A stretch of DNA of 23,014 nt from Octopus sinensis (Eukaryota): positions 1 to 23,014 of the forward strand of contig NW_021836736.1 of the NCBI RefSeq assembly GCF_006345805.1. Reading direction: 5' to 3'. Both the position numbers and the translations under genes were made by a program. Under the pieces are notes generated by a model, which had not been told where the DNA came from, searched no databases, and saw only the letters and a list, made by a program, of their open reading frames with translations. Numbering within the stretch: position 1 is the first letter of the stretch; every line of letters begins with the position of its first letter. This document shows positions 11,245-22,896 of the stretch, one piece after another.

Positions 11245-11313
11245 CTTCTCCTTCTTCTCCAACTTCTTCATCTTACTATTGATATAACAACAATGGCAAC
11301 ACCACCACCAAAG

Positions 11314-11351
<38 letters not shown>

Positions 11352-11418
11352 TATTATTATTATTATTAATAATAATAATAATAATATTCGCATCATCATC
11401 AGCATTATTATCATCATC

Positions 11419-11452
<34 letters not shown>

Positions 11453-11960
11453 TGACCATCATCATCATCATCATCATCATGACCATCCTCCTCCTCCTCC
11501 TCCTCACCATCATCATTATCATCATTATCTTCATCACCATCATCATTGTCGTTGTCGTCGATGTCATCATCCTCCTCCTCCTCCTCATCATCATCATCAT
11601 CACCATCATCCTTATCATCATCATTGTCGTTGTCGTCGATGTCATCATCATCCGCATCATCATCACCACCATCCTCCTCCTCATCATCATCATAATCATT
11701 GTCGTCGTCGTCAGTATTCGTTTTCTTCCCCCTCCTCCTTATCATCATCATCAACGTCATCGTAATCCTCATCCTCCCCCTCCTCCTCCTCCTCCTCATC
11801 ATCATCTCATGGACGTCGTTATTATGAATTTCTTTTATAGTGTCTTTATTGTTGTTGTATTAATATCATAGTTGATATTATTGTCGATGTTGCTATCAAT
11901 ATTATTATCAGTATTATTAAGTTGTTCTTAATGTTATTGTTGTTGTTGTTGTTGTCGATG
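11190..11960. repeat. Trinucleotide field (CGT, TTA/TAA, CAT, CCT, TTG)
   Basis: Directly visible; CATTGTCGTTGTCGTCGATGTCATCATC is duplicated ~78 bp apart. Confidence 0.9.
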
Positions 11961-12086
11961 CCGTTGTTGTTTGCAATTTTCTTTTCTGATCTTCATCCTC
12001 ATTACTTCGTTGAACCGTCGTCGTCCCAGTCTCGCTGTTTGCACTGTTGGCTGTCAGCCGGTCCGTACGTGTTTATCATTCCATTA

Positions 12087-12102
12087 CACACACACACACA
12101 CA

Positions 12103-12139
<37 letters not shown>

Positions 12140-12161
12140 CACACACAACACACACACACCA

Positions 12162-12196
<35 letters not shown>

Positions 12197-12353
12197 TGCC
12201 CACTTCACACACGCACAACACTAGCACAGCCCTACACGCATACACTCAGAGAACTCAGACATGCTCACACGTACATACATTACATACATTCATTTATACG
12301 TACACATACGAATACACAATATATGCGTACATACATATAATATCCGTGCGTAA

Positions 12354-12391
<38 letters not shown>

Positions 12392-12435
12392 TATCTATGG
12401 TAGCTGTATACGTAGGAGAATAGGGAAATATTTTG

Positions 12436-12479
<44 letters not shown>

Positions 12480-13091
12480 ATCTATCTATCTATCTCTCTC
12501 TTCTCTATCTATCTATCTATATATATATATATATCTATTTATCTATCAATTTATCTCTCTACACACACACAAACACACACACATATATATATACGTATAT
12601 GCATACATTGCAGATGCACATCCAAAAGCACCTAGCCCCGGAGTTACAATCAAATAAATACACACATTTGTATGTACGTGAGTGCGTATGTATGTATATG
12701 TATGTATGCATATATGTTTGTATGTATGTATGTATGTATGTATGTATGTATGTATGTATGTATGTATGTATGTATGTATGTAGTATGTATGTATGTATGT
12801 ATGTATGTGTGTATGTGTGTATGTATGTGTGTAGTATGTATGTAGTATGGTGTATGTATGTGGTATGTATGTATGTATGTATGTATGTATGTATGGTGTA
12901 TATGTATGAATGTATGTATGTATGTATGTAGGTATGTGGTGTAGTTGATGTAGTATGTATGTATGTATGTAGTATGTATGTATGTATGTAGGTGTATGTA
13001 TGTGTGTATGTATGTATGTATGTTGCATGTATGTATGTGGTATGTATGTATGTGTGTATGTATGTATGTATGTATGTATGTATGTATGTAT
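12087..13091. repeat. Microsatellite field: (CA)n, (TG)n, (TATC)n, long degenerate (TATG)n
   Basis: (CA)n ~12087-12195, (TATC)n ~12436-12545, (TATG)n ~12715-13091. Confidence 0.95.
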
Positions 13092-13545
13092 GGAGACCTT
13101 ATTAGAATGAAGGGTAGCACGATCCCTATGCAGATGCTATGTGGGAATGGAAAGAGACCCCGGCAGAAACCAAGGCTGCGATTTAAGGGCTGTGTCAAGT
13201 CCTCATTAAAGGCCTGTGATATGCAGGAGACTGACAGAGAGAGAGAGAGAGAGCAATGCTTGTCATCGCCCCAGATGGAGGAAGCAGGTTAAGGAGAAGG
13301 TCGACACCTTTGAGAGAGAATGTATTCTGCATAACGAACTTAAGTGTGCTGCTTGAAAGCGCAGTGCTGGTGTAGTGAATGGGGAAAGCTTGGTTTGCAA
13401 TGCTTGCAGTAGTGTATGCTTGTCAAGGGCAGGGCTCATTAGCCACCAACGGAGCCGCAAATGCAAAATATAAGTTAGTCCTAGAGCGCACAATGTTCCC
13501 GAAGGTCAGCAATGGTCTTCCTCGATCTCGAGTGGACGGCCATCA
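13092..13545 (+). mobile_element. 5'-truncated RTE-clade (BovB-like) LINE, 3' fragment
   Basis: GDLIRMKGSTIPMQMLCGNGKRPRQKPRLRFKGCVKSSLKACDM, then a shifted frame CHRPRWRKQVKEKVDTFERE...LVCNACSSVCLSRAGLISHQRSRKCKI* (stop 13471-13473). This is the characteristic RTE C-terminus with its CxxC...H motif, followed by a short 3' UTR. Confidence 0.88.
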
Positions 13546-13630
13546 TGTATGTATGTATGTATGTATGTATGTATGTATGTATGTATGTATGTATTGTATG
13601 TATGTATGTATGTACGTATGTATGTATGTA
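13546..13630. repeat. (TATG)n tract abutting the RTE 3' end
   Basis: Directly visible. Confidence 0.95.
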
Positions 13631-13645
13631 TACACTCTGTTTGAT

Positions 13646-14051
13646 TACTCTTTTACTCTTTTACTCGTTTCAGTCATTTGACTGTGGCTATGCTGGAGCA
13701 CCGCATTTAGTCAAGCACATCGACCCAGGACTTATTCTTTGTAAGCCTAGTACTTATTCTATCGGTCTCTTTTGCCGAACCTCTAAGTTATGGAGACGTA
13801 AACACACCAGCATCGGTTGTCAAGCGAAGTTGGGGGCGACAAACACAGACACCAAGATATACACACACATACATATATATATATATACATATATACGACG
13901 GGCTTCTTTCAGTTTCCGTCTACCAAATCCACTCACAAAGCTTTGGTTGGTCCGAGGCTATAGTAGAAGACACTTGCCAAGGTGCCATGCATGAGACTGA
14001 ACCCGGAAACATGTAGTTCGTAAGCAAGCTACTAACCACACAGCCACTCCT
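13646..14051 (-). mobile_element. Full-length CORE-like SINE (family C), more diverged copy
   Basis: Colinear with 2784-3195 from the (TACTCTTT)n tail to the ACCACACAGCCACTCCT head. Confidence 0.88.
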
Positions 14052-14281
14052 TGCTAAATCTTTCTTGCATGTCTTTCGATTTTCCCTGAATTGGAGTTTC
14101 TTAAATGACCTTTATCACAGGGATATCCTTTCCTGGTTTGTTAAATTTAATAACAAACGTCTTACTTCCATCTCTGTCGTACTAAATCACGCCGCTTTAT
14201 CTCTTCTGTTTTGTGTATATCTGATTCATTTTCTATTTCTCGTTTTCCCTGCCACCCCTAGCACTCTCCTTCCCATTCTGA

Positions 14282-14282
<1 letters not shown>

Positions 14283-14362
<80 letters not shown>
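14283..14362. repeat. (TATC)20 at the 5' junction of the Tx1-type LINE
   Basis: Perfect tetranucleotide run. Confidence 0.95.
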
Positions 14363-14365
<3 letters not shown>

Positions 14366-14462
14366 TCTATTATCTACACAAAATTTTGCCCCTTGTGGGC
14401 AAAATTTAAAAGAAAAAATTCTCATAGCCTTCGTGGTTTCATTTAGCCATTTTATTTCCAAA

Positions 14463-16558
14463 ATGGCCACGGTCACCACGAGGCTGAGGTGCAAGTCAAG
14501 CGTGACGCAGAGACAGAAAACAGGATGCTCTGTAGCATACGCTGAACCTGACAACAACACACCTCCACCACATCAACACCGACAACAGCCAACAAATACA
14601 AAACAAAGGTCGCAAGGCCAAGCACCGTCAACACCATCAGTGAGTCCACCACCAACACCGCAACACAACACCATGGCAGAATCTGCTACTAAAACTGCTA
14701 TCCCTGCTAAGACATCGCCACCAATAACAATACCAACATCACCATCACCGCCACCAAAGACCGTGCCGTCAATGCTACTAATACCACTAACACCCGCCGT
14801 CACCAAGAACGACACACAATAAACAACAAAAACAACAACAACACAACGACGACGACAACAACATTCCCTTCAACCACTGCTCACTCCATCACCAAGTGAA
14901 GAAATAACGACGACAAGCAAACGAAATGCCGAAATTTGCGCTAATGCAGGACTAAATTACGCAGGCAATTTTCCACCCCTTGCTAGTTGCATAATCAGCA
15001 ACCACAAACCTACAACCCACACCCTGCCATCAACACCAAACCACACCGGCCAGTAACAACAATAACAAAACAACAACAAACTTCGCCGATGCGATAAAGA
15101 AAAGGTAACAAAAGTTTGTTTACTACACAACAGATTAAAGATTGCAGAAACCTTATTACAAATGAAAACGGAAAAATACTCTTACACATACCTCAAGACA
15201 TACTGAATGAGGAGGAAAAAAAAGACAATTGTATATAAAATCACAAATAAAAAAACTAAAAGTCCAGAAAAGGCAAGCACAGACAAAGTCGAAAAGTGCT
15301 TACGCCCCATCTGGGGATACAAGGATTATGTGACTTGGGCGAACAAGTTCGCCCACGTACAGGTGGTTTTTTCAGAATGAAGAGTTGGAAGAAGAAATCT
15401 CAACGATAACCCTTCATTCTGATGAACTAACGATGACACCGAGTTCCTCGGCCAGAAGGTGACGAAGGTCATTATCAGTGGTGTCCCCCAAGTGACTACA
15501 CACTGTGGATAACATCCGCCGTACATCCGAAATGGAGGACTTAAACATCCTAGATATCGGTGTTCGAAAAACAAGGACTGGCTGGGAAAGAGAATAGAGT
15601 TCCTCTTCCACATAAGTCAAGACGACATAATAAAAATCCCCACCCACGTACATCTTGAGGATGCCCAAGTTATACGTAGTAGTCGAGGGCAGAAGGCCAC
15701 GATGCTATACATGTGGCAGTGAGGCACACCTCAAAAAGGAGTGCAATCTGCCGCGCAAATTACAACAACAACAGCCACATGAAAAATCACAAAAGCCAGC
15801 ATTATTGCCCACACACCAATATGACAGCTAGTCAAGAAGCTGTATGCGGAAATGCAGGAAAAACAACAAAGAACAAGCAACCCAACCAAACAACACCAAC
15901 ACCAGCGCCAAGAACAGAATCATCACCACCAACAACAAATAAACCAATTCCAACACCAAGAATAACAACGAAGAGACAAGCACCAAGGATGTAGGAGAGA
16001 CAATAACCACAACGAACCCCCAGCAACACCCTCCCCGCGCACCACAACAATATCTACAACCGCACAAACACACCCAGACGCTTTACCCCTGCCCCCTGCT
16101 GATTCGTCAGACTTTTCATCTAACGATGAAAGTTCGACAGGTGGCAAATAGCCACAGGGGTAAAAGAAAAAGATCAAGAAAAACCAAACAAGAAATCGCA
16201 ACCAAAGCAGGGAGATACCTGAACCCTGAAAACTCCATACACCAACAAAACAAGCACCAAACCACAAAAACAATGCTATCAGCGATAGACACCAAAGACT
16301 CCAAACTAATGGAGTACATCACAGGATACACAAACATTTGTGAAGATGACTTTAAAAATAGCAATCATCCACGCACTACACCACCCAAACACATCAAAAT
16401 ACTACACATCACACAAACACAACACCACAAACTCAAAGCCCTCTTCCCAAATGCTGTGGGGGGTTTCCAGAAATATCTATCCCAAAAACTACTATAAAAA
16501 CCTCCTCGAAGACACATCAAAGAACGAGGAAGCCAAAACTTTCGACACAAGTAAGTAA
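14463..16558 (+). pseudogene. Tx1-type ORF1 (gag-like nucleic-acid-binding protein), frameshifted
   Basis: ATG at 14463 (MATVTTRLR) and a long Thr/Pro/Asn-rich region. VVEGRRPR-CYTCGSEAHLKKEC contains a CX2CX4HX4C knuckle at 15703-15744. The last frame ends ...EEAKTFDTSK* at 16558. Confidence 0.8.
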
Positions 16559-16608
16559 CTCTCTGTACTTTCATTTTTGTGTTTTAAAGCACACACCCCA
16601 ATAGAATC

Positions 16609-19600
16609 ATGGTCAAGATTGGTTGTGTGAATGTGCGTGGCTTGGGGTCTCCTTGGAAACAAGGATATCTCCTAAATGATATCAAGTCATGATTTGGGAA
16701 TCATAGCCATAAGTGAGACCAGACTCCACGAGCCACGGGCCCTAAAGTCCATGTTTGGCGGACAGTTTAACATTATTTCGCTCCCTGTCTGCCGAGGATG
16801 GGCGGTAGTGGCACCGCGGTACTTTTTCACAAGAGCCTGGATCGAAGTCAAGACGATATTCGTAGACCCGGAGGGTAGACTGGTCGTTCTGGATGTTGAC
16901 GGCAGCAATGGGTGCGCTTTTCGACTCGTATCAGTCTACGCACCGCACTAAAAGGTCGGGCGGATTTCTTTCGACGTCTAGAAGTATCTTGGGAACGTCT
17001 CGTCCTTTACTCTTAGTGGGGGATTGGAATGCTACCTTGGACACGCATGTGATACGTGGGTACGTGGTAGAGACAGAAACAGAAGGGGATGCAAATGCCT
17101 CAGAGACCTGCTCAGACGATTCCAACTGTCTGACAGGTACCGACTCGACCACCCAATGCACCAACGTGGACATGGAGCAACCGCAGTGGTCGTCGAGATC
17201 GTATCTAGATAGGATACTGTGTAGGACAGTAGACAAGGATAACTTAGGATGTCCACAATTCCACACAGTCAGCTACACGGATCACAAATTGGTGACGTGT
17301 ACGCTAGACTTAGATAAGGCACATAGACAGGGTCCTGGGTACTGGAAACTGAACGCATCATTCCCGTCCAGACAAGTTTTCAGAGACCGGATTAGCACAC
17401 TAGTAAAGAGGGCTTTGACGGGAGCCATCATCAACAACAAATGGTGGTTTGCCCTCAAAGAGCAGTAAAAGCAGAAGCGATTAGGTACAGCAAAGCATTA
17501 GCCATAGATAGAATAGAGAGTAGAGGGTGAGCTAGTTAAGAAGCTAGAAGAGGCAATTAGAAGCGGCATCGCATCCGACGTTTTGGCGGCGAGGTTGGCC
17601 CTCGACCACCACTTCAACGCCAACACGAAGGATGTGCTGTCAGAGCTAGGATGCGTGCTCTAAGGAACGAAGGTGTTGGAGCCGCGAGAGAGGCCCGGTG
17701 GCAGAGGCGCAACAGGGCAACAAAGCCACCATTCGGTCACTGGTAGTAGATGAACAGGGGCGCGAATTGCTCGAGCCAAGTAAAATGTGTGAGGCCTTTC
17801 AGGCATTTTGCCCGACTGTTCGGACGAGTGGAGGCACAAGAACGTAGGGTGGACTTCAGTGCCTACCTACATAGCCTACCACGACTCTCGACAAGAAAGG
17901 CAGGGTGCTGCGAAGGTGCCATCACGGCAGGCGGAAGTGCGGGAAGCGATGGCAGAATGCTCGAGGGACAAATAACCGGGTTTGGATGGTCTACCCTACG
18001 AGCTTTACAATTGTATGCCAGACTTGTTTGGAGATCTCTTGGCGGCGGTGTGTACTGCAACTGGCAGCAAAACGGGAGCATTCCTGGTTTTGTGAGCCGA
18101 GGAACCGTAACACTGTGAAGAAAGATCTAAACAAGGGAAATGTAATAGATAACTTTAGGCCCCATCTCTGCTAATGCAGACTTGAAAATTTTGGCCAAGG
18201 TGCTAGCCAAGAGGTTGGCGCTTGTCATCGAGAAACTGGTCGAACGGCGCAAAACATGCGCCGTGCCAGGCCGGACCATCCATGACAACCTCCATCTGAT
18301 GCGCTACATCATAGACAGGGTAGTTAACGAACCTGGCATGGGTGGGGCCCTGATCAAATTGGATCAATCAAAGCCTTGATAGGGTAGATCATCGATACTT
18401 GGAGGCAGTCCTGAGAGCGGCTGGTTTCGGTCCCGTCTTCCGCGGCTGGATAGCTGCCTTGTACAGAGGCATCCGTTCGGTAATTCGCGTAAATGGACAT
18501 CTATCGAGACCTTTCGACATTGCACGTTCGGTCCGTCAGGGATGGCCCCTCTCGGCGCTTCTATACGTATTGACTCTTGAGCCACTACTGCGGAAGCTGG
18601 CGACTCTAAGGGGCATCCCGCGAGAATTGGGATGCGGGACGAGCGTGTCTGCATACGCGGACGACGTCACCGTCATAGTGTCAAGCCACGAGCACATCGA
18701 GGGGTCGGCGAGACACTGAAAGACTACGAAGCGCGGTGACAGGAGCAAAAATCAACCGGGAAAAGTCAGTGGGCTTGCGGCTCGGCACCTGGAGAAGCAA
18801 GCCCATGCCGTCCACCAGTACCTCCGTCGTGGGACGCTGGACAGACGGCCCGGTTGAGTTGCTCGGGGTCTGGTTCGGTCTGGACCTCCAAATGGAGAAG
18901 AACTGGAACGAGATAACGAGTAGGGTGGTCACTCTCGCCCAGCAATGGGCCGAGAGGAAACTGTCCCTAAAAGGTCGGGCGGAGGTGGTGAACGCGTACA
19001 TCGCGTCCATCATCTACTACCGCCTGACCGTCGTACCTTGTCCCGACCCTACCATCACCAAACTAGAACGCATCCTCTACCGCTTCTTGTGGAAAGGATG
19101 CGTCCCGATGGTCAGGCGATCCATTTGCTGTCAACCACCCGTTAAAAGGAGGGCTGGGCATGCCGTGGTTGATGATGCGCAGACACGCGCTGAGACTGCG
19201 ACATCTCCGGCTCTATGTAGACGACGGTGAACAGGTGTGGTCGCCGTTGTGAGGTACGCATTCCCGCAATCGTCTCCATGACCGAACTACAGTCGTGGAT
19301 CAAAAAGAGGCCGATAAAGGCGAATGGCACCGCGAGTGTCGCGTTGCTCTCAAGCAACTCTGCCGTCCCGGGTCGACCTTGAGTGACTTCAACACAACCA
19401 AAGCATTCTATAGGGGATTAGTGGAGGGGAGGTACGACGACGAGCTCGGGGCAAACCTGGGCGTCGACGAGGAATACCTGACCCGCCTGTTTCAAAACGA
19501 CTTTCGGCCCGGGACCTATGGACAACTTCCAGAGATCCCTGGCCTGGCGGTGCTACCGAGAAGCGCTACCCGTTCGGGATAAGCTCTATAGGCATGGCTC

Positions 19601-20039
19601 GAGAAACACGGGGCCGACCTGCCCGAGATGCGGGCAGAGCGACGAAACCGCTCTGCACGCACTCGTGCAGTGTCCAGCAATTTCCCACCTGTGGGCTTAT
19701 GTCGAACGACTGCTGTCACGTGTGGGACGTGTCGGTTTATCAGCCGAGTCTATCGTTAATATCGTCACACCTCCTTCCTTCAAACGGGAAGGAAGAGCTA
19801 TTTTTATCATACTTGTGGCTATGGCGAAAGAATGTATCTGGTGGACGCGCCTGAAAGGATTAGAGACAAACACTTTCCTCTCTGGTCAATCTCCCATCAA
19901 CTTCTTCAAGTATCACTTGAAGAAAAAAGTGAGAGTAGAGAGGCAAGTTTTGTCTAGTGAATGTTTTAAAAAAAGATGGGTGAATGTAGCAAGGATGGCA
20001 CGTATGAATGACGAAGCCACCTTGACTATGATTCTATGA
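16609..20039 (+). pseudogene. Tx1-type ORF2 (APE endonuclease, reverse transcriptase, C-terminal zinc finger), frameshifted
   Basis: APE motifs: MVKIGCVNVRGL, AISETRL, VGDWN, SYLDRIL, YTDHKLV, followed by GPGYWKLNAS. RT motifs: GLDGLPYELY, KILAKVLAKRL, PGRTIHDNL, VRQGWPLSALLYVLTLEPL, AYADDV, GAKINREKS. Downstream: LSLKGRAEVVN and CPRCGQSDETALHALVQC; stop at 20037-20039. Confidence 0.92.
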
Positions 20040-20415
20040 ACCGTAAAAATTAATACAGAGAGTTGCTTATTTGCAAAAAAAAAAATAAAAAATAAGAAAT
20101 ATAACATGTGACTTCATTGACCGAGGTTACTGTGGTCTTTTCCGTAGGCTTTTCTTTCCACGGGTAAACCTCATCTGTCCTCCCCTTTACACTTCATATT
20201 GACATTTCTGTGATAACGATCCATATTGATCAATTTTTTTTCCTCTCCCCCTTTTTTTTTCACCCCCCCTTTTTTTGTCCTCTTTCTCTCCTTTTACGAT
20301 CCCTTTTGATCGACCCCCCCTTTTTTTAATTTTTATTTTTATTTTTTATTTTTTTTACCTTCAAAAGAAAAGCTTTACCTTGTAATTTGTTCTATCTGTG
20401 TGCAGCCCTGTGTGG

Positions 20416-20421
20416 AATAAA
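20416..20421 (+). promoter_or_regulatory. Polyadenylation signal of the Tx1 element (also at 20985 and 21681 in the truncated copies)
   Basis: AATAAA lies 6 nt before the element end in all three copies. Confidence 0.6.
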
Positions 20422-20448
20422 GAAACATATCTATCTATCTATCTATCT

Positions 20449-20892
20449 GAGCTATTTTTCATCATCTCTTGTGGCTATGGCTAAGGAATGTATCTTGTGG
20501 ACGCGTCTGAAAGGATTGGAGACAACCCTTTCCTCTCTGGTTCAATCTCTCTCAACTTCTTCAAGTACCACTTGAAAAGGAAAGTGAGAGTAGAGAGGCA
20601 AGTTTTGTCTAGCGAATGTTTTAAAAAAAGATGGGTGATGTACAAGAATGGCACGTATGAATGACGAAGCCACCTTGAGCATAGTCCTATGAACCCAGAA
20701 ATCGAAAACAGAAGTTGCTTATTTGCAAAAAAAAAAAAAAAAAATAAGAATATAAATGTGACTTCATTGACCGAGGTTACCGTGGTCTTTTCGCAGGCTT
20801 TCTTTCCACGGTAAACCTCACCTGTCCTCCCCTTTACACTTCATATTGACATTTCTGTGATAACGATCCCTATTGATCATTTTTTTTCCCTC

Positions 20893-20924
<32 letters not shown>

Positions 20925-20996
20925 TTAATACCTTCAAAAGAAAAGCTCTACCTTGTAATTTGTCTCTGTGGCAGCCTGGTGGCTAATAAAGAAACA
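20449..20996 (+). mobile_element. 5'-truncated Tx1 copy 2
   Basis: Colinear with the long copy from position 19795 to its end; preceded by (TATC)5 (20428-20447) and followed by (TATC)12 (20997-21044). Confidence 0.92.
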
Positions 20997-21046
<50 letters not shown>

Positions 21047-21053
21047 CTATATG

Positions 21054-21692
21054 CACGTGTGGGACGATCCGGTTTATCAGCCTAGTCTATCATCAATATT
21101 GTCACGCCTTCTTCCTTCAAACGGGAAGGAAGAGCTATTTTCATCATTCTTGTGGATATGGCGAAAGAATGTATCTGGTGGACGCGTCTGAAAGGATTGG
21201 AGACAAACACTTTCCTCTCTGGTCAATCTCTCATCAACCTCTTCAAGTATCACTTGAAAAGGAATATGAGAGTAGGGAGGCAAGTTTTATCTAGTGAATG
21301 TTTCAAAAAAAGATGGGTGAAAGTAGCAAGGATGGCACATATGAATGACGAAGCCACCTTGAGCATAATCCTATGAACTCGGAAAATTTAAAACAGAGGG
21401 TTACTTACTTGCAAACAAATGTGTTAACATGTGACATTATTAACCGAGGTTACCGTGGTCTTTTCCGTAGGCTTTTCTTTCCACGGATAAACCTTATCTA
21501 CTTCCCCCTTTACACTTTACATCATAACATTTCTGTGATACACGATCCCTATTGATCGTTTTTTTCTTTCCCTTTTACGATCCCTTTTGATCGAAAACCT
21601 ACCCCACTTTCTTTTTCTCTCCCCAAAAAGAAAAGCTCTACTTTGTAATTTGTCCCGTCTGTGTGCAGCCATGTGTGGCTAATAAAGAAACA
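21054..21692 (+). mobile_element. 5'-truncated Tx1 copy 3
   Basis: Colinear with the long copy from position 19717; ORF end ...MAKECIWWTRLKGLETNTF...ATLSIIL* (21152-21376); followed by CATC(TATC)17. Confidence 0.92.
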
Positions 21693-21693
21693 C

Positions 21694-21776
<83 letters not shown>

Positions 21777-21796
21777 CTTCTTTCTTTCTTTCTTTC
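21693..21796. repeat. (TATC)n grading into (TTTC)n
   Basis: TATC register 21693-21764, then TTTC units to ~21796. Confidence 0.95.
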
Positions 21797-22030
21797 GAAG
21801 TAGTCAAATGCCATCCAACAGCTGGATGTGAGATACCCCGAATATTTGTTTAGGTATTTCTCAGGGAGAAGGAAGTTCTGAAATAACAAAGGCCTCGTTG
21901 CGATGGTGGCGATATCGTTCTTGCTTGTTTCCGGACTCAGCTGACTTTGACTTTTCAGGCGAGACTCTTAGCAGTGTTGTGCAAGCTGTTATTCACTTTC
22001 AATTTCAGCATGGGGATCGTCGATAGCCAC

Positions 22031-22566
<536 letters not shown>

Positions 22567-22896
22567 TATATACATACATTACACATATATTATTTTATAT
22601 GTAAGTTATTGATGCGATTCTACGTAAGAAAAATACAAAAAGTAGCATGAATAATCATATATTAGACTTCAATGCCAAGATCGCACCATGTTTCAATTGC
22701 TACTTAAGTCTCATCAGTGGAGGAATCATAGATTTAAAGCAGTAATTTAAATGCAGCGAAATAATTTAGAAGACTTCTTTCGGCTCATTTTCATATTACA
22801 GGAAATAAGTAGTAATTAGTTTGCTTACAAAAGCTGTGCCGTTCGAGTATTGAATACTACAGGTGGCAAGAATGAGATTCGCTCAAGGTACACAAC

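Larger units (their letters stand above)
14363..20427 (+). mobile_element. Near full-length Tx1-type (L1 group) non-LTR retrotransposon, ~6.1 kb
   Basis: About 100 nt of 5' UTR, ORF1 with a CCHC knuckle, ORF2 with APE, RT and zinc finger, a pyrimidine-rich 3' UTR, AATAAA at 20416-20421, and the end AATAAAGAAACA. The 5' end is uncertain by ~15 nt. Confidence 0.92.

Noticed and set aside
9264-11871. Long acidic or hydrophobic ORFs (poly-D/E, poly-I/L, up to 251 aa)
   Set aside because: They are trinucleotide or GA repeat fields open in several frames on both strands, with no splice or domain evidence.
16551-16589. Intron-like GTAAGT...polypyrimidine...AAAG between ORF1 and ORF2
   Set aside because: It is only 39 nt, short for a metazoan intron, and splicing would not put ORF1 in frame with the ATG at 16609.
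14283-21796. Repeat-spacer appearance (CRISPR-like) of the TATC array and of 8487-8645
   Set aside because: The context is eukaryotic, the spacers are homologous LINE pieces or duplicates, the repeats vary in length, and there are no cas genes.
21765-21796. (TTTC)n next to the last TATC tract as an alternative Tx1 target
   Set aside because: No element junction touches TTTC; it is best explained as a single-base variant of TATC that expanded.
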